Source: Octopus sinensis
Taxonomy: Eukaryota
Direction: 5' to 3'
DNA length: 33,919 bases
Assembly: GCF_006345805.1 (NCBI RefSeq)
Contig: NW_021831969.1
Location: forward strand, 1-33,919
The notes under the pieces were generated by a model. The model was not told where the DNA came from. It saw only the letters and a list, made by a program, of their open reading frames with translations, and did no database searches. This document shows, in pieces, positions 11,361 through 23,450 of this stretch. The stretch's first letter is position 1; the number at the start of each line of letters is the position of its first letter. A program made the translations under genes and the position numbers.

Positions 11361-12344
11361 AAGCAACTGGGGGGTATTTTCATTTTGAACTTGCAAAGCA
11401 AAAATCATCAACATGTGTAACAATCATACTGTCCAATTTGTTTCTGCAATACTATATATATTTTGCATGGCCATATTTTGAAATTACTGCTTTTAAGTGT
11501 TAGTATGTTGTCAATTTAATGTGACAGTCCCATAAAAGGGAAGAATGCAACTGTTATTTAACCCTAGGAAACATCATTTCCTGTTGGACTCGACACATTT
11601 CCTGTGTCCTTATGTTTTCAAAATGGAGATAAGCAACTCCACCCAGCAAAGCCAGCATCCAGTGACTAGTTTCAGTGTCATTGGTTTGACTTTGGTCTGG
11701 TATCTGTGTATAAACCTGATTTTTTTCAGTCCAACTCCAAAGTTAATTCCCTTTTGCTCTGTCCCAGTCAATATTTATAGAGGAAATCATTAATTTTTTC
11801 TCATTTAAGGAAGTGTGATCTGCTTCTCTATTTGTGTTTAACTTTATTAATTTGCTATTCAGATATTTCATACTCCAAATCCAACCAAAATTGTTCACTC
11901 TGTTCCATAACCACATTCATTAAAAATATATATTTAGCTTTTCTTTTACCTGACTTGCTCATTACATTCCATCTCCTCCATTCTGGATTATCATCATTTG
12001 TAAATTTACATTTGAATAGTTTACTCTGCATTGAGAAGCACAATCATCTTTGGAACAGAAGTAGTCTCTTTCTTGTTCAACATTATCATCTTCCATTGGA
12101 GTTCAAAATTCATTTCATTCTTTATTTATATGTTTTGCAAACAACTTACACATGCAAGTGCTACCATTTAAGAACTCCATATATCAGAAGCCAGCAAGTG
12201 TATGGGGTCAGCAGGAGAGAATGCGCACCATTTTGGGGCCTACCTCTCAATGGTATCAGTGCGCACCCCCACCCATTCACTGATATGAGGCCCTGCTTGC
12301 TAGATCAACTGTTTATTAAATAAAGCTCAATATTCTTCTAGCCA

Positions 12345-13040
12345 TCACTCAATGCCTCTTTTTAACCAAATCCAGTGGCTAGGCCTTTCCACTGTAGTCT
12401 GGATATAGGTCATGATGGTATTTACTTTATGATGAGTTAGGCCTAACAATAACAACAGTCATCTCACACTGTGTCCAACAAACCCTCTACATCCAACTTC
12501 GATTGGAAAATGCTCCACTTTCCAGCATGCGTCTTCACATTCCTCGAGGAGGTTTACATAACAGTCAATCTTTCAAGCCCAAGTGGCGTCCATGTTATCT
12601 TCATGAGTAACCATTAACTAGACTAGATTCACAACTTTCTTTCCTTCACACCACATTAAAATGTCTGGTTTTTTCGAAACTAGGATGGGAAAGAGTCCTG
12701 GCACTCTGGTAAATCTGCAGTCACCTCCCAATAGCCATTCCACTTTTCATCGCTCATGGATCCACTATCCTGAGCACACAAAGGTAATGAAATTTCTAGT
12801 TGGTACTTTCAACATTTTTTTCACTGTTGTTGAGACCAATTTGGTTCTTTACAGCAATGAAGATAACCTTAAGGACCAGGTTGTGTCTCCATGTGTACCT
12901 GTTCAATGCTAGTGAACAGTTGAAAAGAATATGTTTCTATGTCATGACCTTTCCGCATTTACATATGTCATTCTCTGAGATGTTCCATCATACTAGATTT
13001 GCTGGTGAGAAGTTCTGGTAACATCATGTATTCCGTTATA
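12345..13040 (-). mobile_element. Hero-like (R2-group, restriction-like endonuclease) non-LTR retrotransposon 3' relic
   Basis: Minus-strand translation gives SPANLV*WNISENDICKCG..KHILFNCSLALNRYTWRHNLVL (zinc knuckle), then KPDILMW, L.VTHEDN, PIEVGCRGFVG, and ERPSHWIWLKRG (RLE domain and C-terminus). Confidence 0.8.
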
Positions 13041-13465
13041 TTTCAAATTAAATTTTCTTCCAAGTAACACTGTAATGTTATTATCAAAGTTGAGGATGTT
13101 TTGGCTTTTTTTGTGATAGCTTTGCTAAGAAAACTAAGTGTCTGGGTTTACAACATCAGTAAAAATATCACCTCTGAAACCAGCAATGAAGCAATGTAGA
13201 GTGACATTGTATAATGACTCTAAACTTTATCAATCACCAAACTTTGTCTTTTTTACCTTCTTGGTCTTGATTTTTGTTTCAGTTGACTTGGTATGGTTAA
13301 AAAAAAATTCAAACCACTCTGTGCCACAAACAGTCGCACCACTGCTCAGAACTGTAGAATCATCTCACCTAAAAATGTAGGACCATAATTTTTGCCTTTT
13401 TGTTGATTTATAAACACTATGTTACAGATACATAATCATCTGATTGATTGCAATGCATACTTTTA

Positions 13466-13662
13466 TGAGGGGATGCTGAAAAGTTCCTAACTTTGAGTAA
13501 AAGAAAATACATGAGGATCAGTTAATTATGGTTTTATTCAGCATATTCCCTCCTCAGATTCACACACTTATTGCAGTGGTCCTTCCGTAAAAGAACTTGG
13601 AAGGTTGGGTCTCCAACCTTTCCCAATACACTTTAAGCTAGGAACTTTTCAGCACCCCCTCT
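13466..13662. mobile_element. Tc1/mariner MITE, 197 bp
   Basis: 27-bp TIRs tgaggggatgctgaaaagttcctaact and agctaggaacttttcagcaccccctct (3 mismatches), flanked by TA at 13464-65 and 13663-64. Confidence 0.9.
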
Positions 13663-14124
13663 TAGTGTTAACATTCAGACAACCCTTAGCCCAGTAGAAC
13701 ATACAGACACATAGTACATCAGGGTCATATATTAACAAGTCTTATTGATTTTATATTTTTTTGTGACCCCTATCTCTACTTTGATTGTTTGAAAGTTGTA
13801 TGTCTAATACATTTCATTCAAAGTTTCTAGTTTGCTCCCTTGTTTCATTATAAGTAATATCATTATAAGTTACTTTCATTATAAGTAACATCCAACTCTT
13901 TTCCATTACTAATGATGGAGTATTGGTGTCTGATGAATGCAGAGAACACTCAAGAAAGTTTTGTTACTGCATTCATTCTCTCCATTTGAATTCCTTTATA
14001 TATGACTGAAAAAGTAGTTGCCTAGTTCCATTTTGGTTCTTTAATTCCTTTTTAGTCCTCCTCCAGAGGTATGCAGTAGACTGGATATGAAACTTCCATT
14101 ATCGGGATTTATAAATTTCTTTTA

Positions 14125-15217
14125 ATGTGAAAAATGTATTGAGAGAAAATTTGGGCATAAGAGGAATCAAATGCAGCATGGTTTGGACATGTGATGCATA
14201 TGAATGAAGACATGGATGGTACTCGTAAAAGAGGGAAACCCAGGAAGATATGGGATGAAGTGGTGAGAACCAATCTCAGGATGTTTGGGAAATGACAATG
14301 GATCAAGATGTCTGGTGATATGAGGTTCTTGAGAAGACCTGCCCATGTCAGTGAAACTGAGTTCTAGAAGTGCTGTGTATTCCACCCAGACAACAATAAA
14401 ACTTTTCACACACCATACCCCAACAAAACGAACTCTTCTCTTCCTTACATTTCCTCTTTCATGCACTATGCTTATCTGTCACTCCCCAATCCTGACCTCA
14501 CTACCCTGCATCTGTGAATCTATGTGAAGTCTTCTCCTACTCACACTTCTTTGACAATACCCTGCCACTTATATCATGACCTCTATATCTTGAAGGTATG
14601 CCCTGGAACTTGTCACCATCTAACTCTCTCTTCCTCTACTCCACCATCCCATTTATATTTTGATCCCTCCTCCTTGTGAGTATGCCCTGGCACTTTGCCG
14701 CCATCTCGCTTCTCTCACTTGCACTCTTGCTATCTTTCATTCTCTCTCTCGCTCTCTTGCTCTTTCCTCTGGCTGGGTAACTATGTATCTCCTCTACAGC
14801 AAAACACGTGTTTCTGTCTCTCTGTTACACTCAACCTTTCATTATTTAGCACAAAATCACAAAATTCTCCCTCCCCTCTCAAAGATCTTTGTCTTGCAAG
14901 TTACTTGGTGACCCTGCCAGTGCTAGTGCCACATAAAAAGCATATAGTTCACACTACAAAGTGGTTGGCATTTAGAAGGGCATCCAGCTATAAAAACCAT
15001 GCCAAAACTAACCTCACCTATGTTGGTGCCACATAAAAAGCATTCAATTCACTCTACAGGGTGGTTGATGTTAGGAAGGGCATTCAGTTATAAAAACCAC
15101 CATTCCAAAACAGATACAGAAGTCTGGTGCAGTCTTCTACCTGGCCAGCTCCTGTCAAACTGTCCAATGTATGCCAACATGGAAAGCAGATGCTAAAAGA
15201 TAATGATGATAATGAGC
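14125..15217 (+). mobile_element. 5'-truncated RTE LINE with long pyrimidine-rich 3' UTR and partly duplicated tail
   Basis: WFGHVMHMNED, RGKPRKIWDEVVRTNL. CT-rich UTR. gtgccacataaaaagca..gaagggcat..ataaaaacca occurs twice (~14925-15000 and ~15026-15100). Ends gataatgatgataatga. Confidence 0.8.
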
Positions 15218-15361
15218 AACTTTGCCATGATTCAGTTTTCTACTACAACTCATCTATCATGTGTTTTTTACATGTCTACCTCGGAGGTGTTTCTGATTTT
15301 CACCAGCTATCTAAGTTTAAATCATCTACTTGACATTCTTTTGACTAGTTAATCACCTCTC

Positions 15362-17117
15362 CTTGCACTGAAGAACGCTTCAGTTATGAATACAAAATCG
15401 CGGCAAATGCCAGTAGCAATCCAAAAACCTTCTTTGCCCATGTCCAGCGGAATTCCCGCTTGAACAACCAGATTGCAACGTTGGTAGACTCAACAGGCGT
15501 ATCGATTGAGGACCCTTATCAACAGAGTCAATTATTTGCCGAGGCTTTTTCAACTATTTTCAAACAAGATGATGGTCGTGAACCCCCTCCATTTGATAGA
15601 TCGGTACCTCCAATGCTTCGATTGGTCATCACGCGGGATGAAGTCAAACGTGTTATTCAAGGCCTCGATGTCAACAAGGGTCACGGCCCTGACGGCATAC
15701 ACCCACGGGTTATCAAAGCGTTGGCTCCGGTCATCTGCAAGCCCTTAACACGACTATTCAATATGTCATTGGCGACGGGTGTTATACCTGCAGACTGGAG
15801 AACAGGGATAATCTGCCCAATTTTCAAGAAAGGGAGCCGCGAAGACCCGCTTAACTACCGACCGGTTTCCCTTACATCAATAATCAGCAAGATGTCCGAA
15901 ACCATCCTTAAGAAAAGTATGATGCTCCACCTCCTAAACACAGCCTCTATCTCTGATTCCCAACACGGCTTCGTGCCGAAGAGATCATGCTTGACCAACT
16001 TACTAGTAATGGAAGAATTGGTGACGCGCATCCTCGATGATAGTGATGCTGTTGACATCGTTTTATTGGACTTTGCCAAAGCTTTTGACTCGGTAAACCA
16101 CCGCCTATTACTTGTCAAGCTTCAAGCATATAGTTTCCATCCGGATATTATACGATGGGTTGGTGCCTTCCTCTCAGATCGCTCCTTCCAAGTCCAAGTT
16201 AATGGTTCGCGGTCCGACGTCTCCAGTGCGAGCAGTGGCGTGCCTCATGGTTCAGTGCTTGGGCCCTTGTTCTTAGTCTTCATAAATGCCCGACGACCTC
16301 ACGCAACACACCCTTCTATTTGCCGATGATATCAAACTGGTCGCTCCTCGTGGTAATATAGAGGATCTTCGTCGATGCCTCCACCAAATTTGGAAGTGGT
16401 CTAATGATTGGGACCTGTGTCTGAACGTGTCAAAGTGCTGTCATCTGCCTGTCGGCTCTACTCCTGCAACTCAACTTGATTTCGAGCCGGGTCGTCTGCT
16501 GCTGGAGAGGACCGATCAGGTAAAGGACCTGGGTATTTTGGTGGATTCCTCCTTTTCGCCTTCGGCCCAGTGCGTCCATGCTGCCAACAAAGCATGCGGA
16601 ATTCTGTTCTTGATTCGACGGTCATTCGGAATGCTCACAGCAGCCATATTCCTACCACTCTATGTCACGCTGGTGAGACCCATATTGGAGTATGGGATTC
16701 AAGCCTCTTCTCCTTATCTCCTCAAAGACATACAGCATCTCGAAAGAGTCCAGAAGCTGGCTACCCGCATGGTTCATGGTCTCAAAAATTTGTCCTATGA
16801 AGAAAGGCTGAGGACGCTCGACCTTTATTCTCTTGAAAAACGCCGCCGCCGTGGTGATCTCATTCTCGCCCACAACATCATAAGCGGAAAGTGTAACCTC
16901 TCGAAAGAGCTGTTCTTCACTCCTGCTCCAGAGCGTCGGCTGCGGGGTCATTCCGAAAAGCTCTACCTGCGATGATTTGATCTCAATCGAAGGAGAGGAG
17001 CTTTCTCCGTCCGGGTTGCAGATCCGTGGAACAAGCTGCCAGACGAGATGGTGAAGATGCCGACGACCGCTTTGTTCAAGATGCCTGGACCTCAAGTGGC
17101 CTGAACTCTTTACATGA
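15362..17117 (+). pseudogene. CR1-type reverse transcriptase ORF2 fragment
   Basis: KGHGPDGIHP, NYRPVSLTS, QHGFVPKRSCLTNL, LDFAKAFDSV, GVPHGSVLGP, LLFADDIKL, RRGDLI, PWNKLP. One frameshift near 16288 (IN|DLPDD broken), a likely CGA>TGA stop at 16973-75, and a late frameshift near 17080. Confidence 0.93.
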
Positions 17118-17201
17118 ACACCACCCTGTACTTAACTCCATGTCCCCCTACATGGCCTTGCTATTTGCTTTTGAGCCAAATTAACTAACTAACTAACTAA
17201 C
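15362..17201 (+). mobile_element. Young 5'-truncated CR1-clade LINE with (TAAC)5 tail
   Basis: Near-continuous RT ORF, short 3' UTR with stem-loop CCATGT-ccccct-ACATGG (17138-17155), and TAAC x5 at 17182-17201. Confidence 0.95.
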
Positions 17202-17856
17202 TTAGATAATTTCCTAGTTTTCAAAGTATTGCTCAACAATAAGTTTCTTAACTAAACCTCTCACAATATGTCAACATAAATTCCCTCAAACTCAGAATTA
17301 AGGTTCTTTTGAATACTTTTTGTGTAGCGTTATGGAATTTTACATCTTCAATTGTTGTAAATTTAGTCTTCCATAATTATATTTTAAATTTAGAAACTAA
17401 GAACCTGGCTTTGTGCATTGATGTTCCTGAAAGAGTATGATATAAATCGATTATTGACTGATAGTCAATAATCAGTTTAAGAGGATATAACTGGATTGTA
17501 TTTATACCTTCTTAACCAAACAGTAATTAAATAACAACCATAATTGTTGATATTCTTAATTCAAAATAAAATAGCATAAATTAGTCTTTGGCTTTTTATG
17601 TTGAGTATATCAAAAAAATGTCTTAGAAAAATAATTACTTTTTGTAAATGCACTCTTTAAAGTATCCAGTAGCTAGTCACTAATTGAATTTATTTATTTA
17701 AATAATAACCAAATCACTTTCTTCAATTTTTCATAAACATTTGGGATTGAGCCTGAGAATTTCAAATTCTCTGTAAAAGAAGAATCTAGTTAGGTCTGTG
17801 ATTGATTGCGAGTGCTGGTGATTGGCTATCTACAAGTACTGGTTGGCAAAGTGGTA

Positions 17857-17902
17857 ATCATCATCATTTAATATCTGCTTTCCATGCTGGCATGGGTTGG
17901 AT
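17857..17902 (-). mobile_element. Extreme 3' tip of RTE-type tail
   Basis: Reverse complement is catccaacccatgccagcatggaaagcagatattaaatgatgatgat. Confidence 0.75.
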
Positions 17903-17959
17903 GTAATATTGGTAATAACAATATTACATTTGCCAACTATTGTATCTGATGCAATGAGA

Positions 17960-18500
17960 AGAGTCGTGGTAATGTATAATTTTTATTTCAAAGAAATTTG
18001 CATGTAAGTCATTTCTTCTTGTGCTTAACACAGTTATGGTCAGATCAGTCAAGAGCCACTGTCATTTCTCTAAAGCTGATTGTCTAGAGTTAGTGGCAGT
18101 TGTGTTCATTCTGAAAGCCTTTATATATATATATCTGTAGTGAAGTACATTATGGAGATGGTACAGGTATTTCCTGATGTAGAGGTTGTGTATCTGATGT
18201 AGGGAGGTTTTAAAACCAAGTAAGAAAAACTATCTGGGTTAGTGGAGGTCTTTGACCACCTTATGGTTGATATTGTTTTTTCTTGGGCAGTGTTTATGGA
18301 ATTTGATTTGACAGCCAATGTTAACACATCCTTCTGATAGTTTGAATAGCTGTTTAATAGTTGGAGACTTGACCTGGCTAAGGCATTGAAATAGAAGTGT
18401 GTTGTAGTTGGCTTGAGGCATTGCGGAGAAACTCAATGTCAATAATTAATTCTGGTAGATTGGTGTGGTAGATGCACAGGGCTAGTTAGCTGTATGAGTA
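17960..18500 (-). mobile_element. Possible decayed Penelope-like element (linker/GIY-YIG region)
   Basis: Minus-strand translation gives ELIIDIEFLRNA, YLVLKPPYI, and TITVLSTRRNDLHANFFEIKII, loosely like PLE linker and endonuclease C-terminal motifs. Confidence 0.3.
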
Positions 18501-18559
18501 CACATTACATAAATTCCTTCAAATGTTTGAAAATGTTCCATAGAAGTTGTTGGTAGTTG

Positions 18560-18895
18560 GCTTAATTAGCAGTGGATTAAGGTGTTCTAAAATCATAGTA
18601 ACCAGAGTGAGGATGTTAGAGAAAAAGTTCAGGGAACTATTAATTCTTCTGCTTACATAGTGTTTCTCATCCAAAGGCAGATTGTATGATATTTGTGTAT
18701 AAACTGCAATGTTTCTTGGTAGTGAGTCATAAATTAGAGGATTTGTGAAAGCAGTAAAGAAATGAGATATACATGCTCCACTGGTTGTGTGTAATATTAA
18801 TGCTAAAAACAATAATGTAGATATGGTTAAAGAAAAAAAATGATTGTAAGGTGTAGAGCACAAGAAAGAAGATTACACTGGCATGAGTATATAAC
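18560..18895 (+). mobile_element. RTE LINE relic, left part (split by hAT insertion)
   Basis: KFRELL, KGRLYDICV*TAMFLGSES, ..RRLHW. Colinear with 2700-3030. Confidence 0.7.
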
Positions 18896-19769
18896 CAAAG
18901 GCTTAGGAACAGGGGTGCAGGTGGGGTGCTTGCACCCCCTAACTTTTTTGGGCGGGGGTGGGGGTGTAAAATAAAAATTTGCACCTCCTACGTACTTTGC
19001 CAAGCTTAGAAAATAGTGTCTAAAAATTGACCTGTAAAAAGTTACTTGAGGTTAGATTTCCTCCCAAAACAAGAACAAATGCCAAAAATAAAAAAAAAAG
19101 GGAGTCCAGAATATTTACTGATGAAGCAGGTCATAAAATTGCCAATGGAATTCTCTAGAAAGATATACTACCGAAATAAAGCAACATCAAAATTAAAAGT
19201 ATATACATATATAAATATACATCTAATGTAAGATAAAATTTTTCGAAAAAAATTCTATCAATGGCCAGCATATTAAAAATACCTTTAAAGGTTAAATTTA
19301 TATAGCATCAGCAACATGACCAGCAACCATGACTACTCCTCAAAACTAGGACAGTTGATGATTTACTAAACTCTACAATGAGAGGCCCTTCACTATCCAG
19401 CTATCCACATTCTTCATTTCTCCTGAATACTACAACTGACTCATCATCAGCATCATCATTGTCATAATGTTCTACTGTACTACCATTACCACTACTACTA
19501 CTATAATTAGTGAGGAATCCCTCCTTTCTTCCCTCCATGAATGCACAAAACCTCAAAATATGCCAGTTTTCTCAATGCAAGAGTCTATGCATATGCAGTA
19601 ACTACAATTTTACTCATTTACCTGGGACAAGACGCACAATTCATACAAGCAACACCAGCCAATGCCAAAGCATACATCTTACGCCACCACCACCACTTGT
19701 GATTTTTCAGTTGCTTCTTTGTTGTCCTTCTGTGCAATTTTTCAATCTGTCTGTCTCATTCCATGTATG

Positions 19770-19773
19770 TGTG

Positions 19774-19804
<31 letters not shown>

Positions 19805-19836
19805 ATTTATATATATATATATATATTATATATATA
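19770..19836. repeat. (TATC)n/(TA)n microsatellite
   Basis: Directly visible. Confidence 0.95.
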
Positions 19837-19837
19837 G

Positions 19838-19990
19838 TGAGAATTAACGAAAAACGAAGACAGGTGTGTAAATAACAAACAGATGTATTAGTTTAACGCT
19901 TAGAAAGTGAGAAAGTCGTTTATGTTTCAAACCTATGCTATTCGACAGAAAGGAACACAAATAAACAGGGAGAGAAAATAGAAAAAGGTT
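19838..19990 (-). mobile_element. Short Penelope-associated repeat with decayed minimal hammerhead motif
   Basis: Minus strand reads cttt-CTGTCGA-atagcataggttt-GAAAC-ATA-aac, the order of a type I HHR with substitutions. Confidence 0.4.
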
Positions 19991-20099
19991 TAGTGGCTAA
20001 CAATCTGTCAACTTTCTATGCAATATTTTATGGTTATTAGTCAATGTAACACCACACCTTCTGTGCCCACTCAGTGGGGCCCCACACAATGTTCAGTAT

Positions 20100-20620
20100 T
20101 TGGTGCAAAAGTTTCTCTCTTTTCTATCCATTTCTCTATCCTTCTCCTCTCCCCTCTTCTCTGCAAAATCTTCCCCATCTTTTTCTATATGACTCTCTCT
20201 CTACCTATCTGCTGCCTTTCTCTCTTTACTACCTTCCATTTCTTCCTCTATCAACTTGCTGTCTATCTTTATTCCCTTCTTTCTCTGCACACCCTCTTTC
20301 TTCCTACCTACTCTTCTCCAACCTTCTCTATTCCACTCTGTCTTCTTCCTCCACTTTTTGACACCAAAAGACCATCTAACTTTATATTGCCCACCCTTTT
20401 TTTACTTGACTAGTGCCTAGACATGTATTGTTTTTCATCTCTTGCCTAGCATTCTCTTCAGACCCCCAGTTTGTCTTATCTTTTCACTTTACATTTTCTC
20501 CCTTTCTATCCCATCTATTTATCCTTTTCCTGAACCCTCTCATTTTACCTTTGGAACACAAGTACCACTATTTTCTTTCTTTTTTTTATTGGTTTTCACC
20601 ATGTGGTGTCCCACATTTTG
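20100..20620 (+). repeat. Pyrimidine-rich low-complexity tract
   Basis: About 500 bp almost devoid of G on the + strand. Explains ORFs 20018-20667. Confidence 0.75.
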
Positions 20621-20725
20621 AAATACTTGCAATTTGTATTTTTACTGCTTATGTTTGCTTTGCTTGATATATTTCCGAAATTAAACACTTTAATATACAA
20701 AATATACTTCACATTATTACATATA

Positions 20726-21048
20726 GGTGCAGGTGTGGCTCTGTGGTAAGAAGCTAGTTTCCCAACCACATGTTCTGGGTTTTATCCCACTGCATGGATT
20801 TGGTGGATGGAAACTGAGGAAGCTCATTGTATTTATGTGTGTGTCTGTGTTTGTTTCCCACTCCATTGTTTGACAACTGATGCTGGCATGTTTATGTCCC
20901 CCTAACTCACCAGTTCAACAAAAGAGGCTGATAAAATAAGCACCAGGCTTACAAAGAATAAGTCCTGGGGTTGATTTCTTTAACTATAACCCTGTAAAGT
21001 GGTATTCAAGCATGGCTGTGGTCAAATGACTGAAACAAGTAAAAGAAT
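20726..21048 (+). mobile_element. tRNA-derived SINE with internal deletion of the CORE-like segment
   Basis: ggtgcaggtgtggctctgtgg head. ccactgcatgg is joined directly to atttggtggatggaaactg. Tail matches 6700-6850. Confidence 0.88.
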
Positions 21049-21329
21049 ACTATACATTACTCATTTATTCAAATCAAAAATATACAAATGTATACCAAGT
21101 TGTTTCTAGTTTTTCTTTTTTTCAAAGTGTGATGAATTTTATAGTTATTAAATGCAAAACAATATTCAATTTTTCTATCTGATAATGATGTTGAATGAGT
21201 AAATTCTAACAAACTAATAAAAAATAATGAGGAGGAGCCCTACTTTTCTGCTTGCACTCTTTGACTTTTTTCCTTTATTATCAGTTCTGTGTACTATGTC
21301 AACTCTACTAGTAGCAAAAGTAAGGAAAA

Positions 21330-23450
21330 TTTCAGATTTCTTCAGTACATCATGTCAAGAGAATGTAGGACCTTTGGAGATTGCAGAGATGCAATTCAGT
21401 GAAAAAATTAATGATAAAGCACTTCCAACATGTCAAAAAGTACCATCAAAATTTTGCACATCACAAAAACAATTTGTGCTTGGAAAGACATTCAACTTTC
21501 CCAAGGATGCAAAGAAACATTCATATTGCCAGTATGGTTCAAGGAAGCCCCCTGGTTTCATTATGATATTCAGCATGGTACTGTTATATGCTGGTTTTGT
21601 CTGGAAGAAGTTTGGCATAGCAGAATTACAATGCCTAAGAAAACTGCCTTCTTGACTTGTGTATAAAACTGGAACAACATTACAGGAAACATCACTGCAC
21701 ATAGCAGTTCTGGTCATGACATGAAAGCAGTTCACACTTTTGGCCAAAGGCAAAGCCTAGTATTACAAGGGCATGAACATGACACAGGAAACTTCATATA
21801 TTTTGAAAAAGAACTTGTTGAAGAATGCAATGCAGAAGTAAGTGACTTAAACATTAAGATAATTTCCTATCTGATACCATACAAAATGAAATCCTACAGG
21901 TATACTCTCATAACATCCTGCATGAGATCAGAAAAAAGATGAAGATTCCATGTTTATTGGTATTATATGTGATGGTACCACTGATTGCTCTGGCATTGTC
22001 TGCTATGTTTCTGAAGACCTGCATGCTCACAAAGATTTTCTTGGTTTTTATAATCCTCCAGACTGCTCTTTGGAGACACTAATGTTATGGATGTTTTTTG
22101 CTGCTTAAACATTTTGCTTGGCTCAAAATTATGCTGCTTCTCATTTGATGATGAAAGTACTTTGAGTGGTAAACATTTCAGGCATACAAAAGAAATTAAA
22201 AGACGTTTTTTAGTACATATTTTGTACATTGTGGAAACCACTCTCTGGACCTTGTCTTCCAGTTGTCATTATAACTAATGCATTGAACTTTCTTCACCAA
22301 TGCGCCATTCTTCTGAAAGAATCACCAAAAAGAAAAATGCAATGGACAAGCCTTTGTTGTGAGGTCATGTTGCAAGCCGTGTATTGGTACATTAGAGCAA
22401 CAATACTGTAAATGATGGAAAGCAACCATAAAAGGATTTCTTGTTGGAGCTTCTGAATGAGGCATCGCTATGAGCAACAATAAAAGCAACTGTCAAAGGA
22501 CAGCTGAACCAATCTGGCAAAGCTTCCACTTGGTTCGATATTAAGGTGGCTGGGAATTTATTTGGAATATGTGAGTCTGTGATATGTAGCTTACAGTGTC
22601 CAGGCACAATAGTTGGTGACTGCTTGAAGCTGATTGAGAAATTGAAGAACTTTCTTTCAAAAATGATAAGTGAGAAAGTTTTTGAAAACTATTTTGGTAA
22701 AATATCTTCTGATGACCTTGTGAAAATGCCTAACAGTTTCTGTTCCATTAATACACCACTGTATTTCAGACATACAATAACCACTGAAGAAAGTGCTTTC
22801 TCTGTCATTGATTACTGGCATTGGCAATTTTTCAGTATCATTGATGTTGTCAAAAATGAATTGAATTGCTGCTTTCAGCAAGAGGGATGTACATATGCTC
22901 TGAGTAAGAGGATTTGCAGTTATCAGCAGTCAGTTGTGGGAAAAAAAGAGCTTGAAAATGCATACCTGCCTTCTTTATTTGGTTTGCCCTCACTGTCATC
23001 ACAAATCAAACTCCTTGCTGGCCTGAGGCCTACCCAAATCATTGCATGGCATTGTTGAAAAATGGAGAGCTTCTGATGCTGTTATTAGTTCTAGCAAATG
23101 TTGATGCTAATGCAGCTTATTCTGTTTTATACATATGAGAAAGTGCTTCAATTCATTCCAAAAAATGTTCTATTCTTGTTTTGGTGATGAAACTTTTCAT
23201 GTGGATGTGCAAAGCATTTTCATTGTGCAAGTTTACATTCATATGCATTATAGCACAGTGTGTTAGGTGGTGCTGCATCATTGTAGTATGGAGCCAGGTT
23301 TTCAAATGGCAAAGTTCTCACAGCTTATTCTGTCTTTGCATCAATTGAGAGAACATTTAGTGCACTTTGCCATTTGAAGACCTGACTCTGAACTACAATG
23401 ATGCAGCACTGTCTAACACATTTGTACATCTTTATGAAAAGTTTTATTGC
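21330..23450 (+). pseudogene. hAT transposase relic (TTF-type Zn finger, DUF4371-like core, hATC dimerisation domain)
   Basis: WFKEAPWFHYDIQHGTVICWFC, ICDGTTDCSG, DFLGFY, FDDESTLSGKH, CGNHSLDLV, and IERTFSALCHLKT*L*TTM. Many frameshifts. Confidence 0.85.

Noticed and set aside
15330-15362. TSD for the young CR1
   Set aside because: No duplicated sequence matches the 3' flank after 17201. The short tagttaat inverse match to the tail is within chance.
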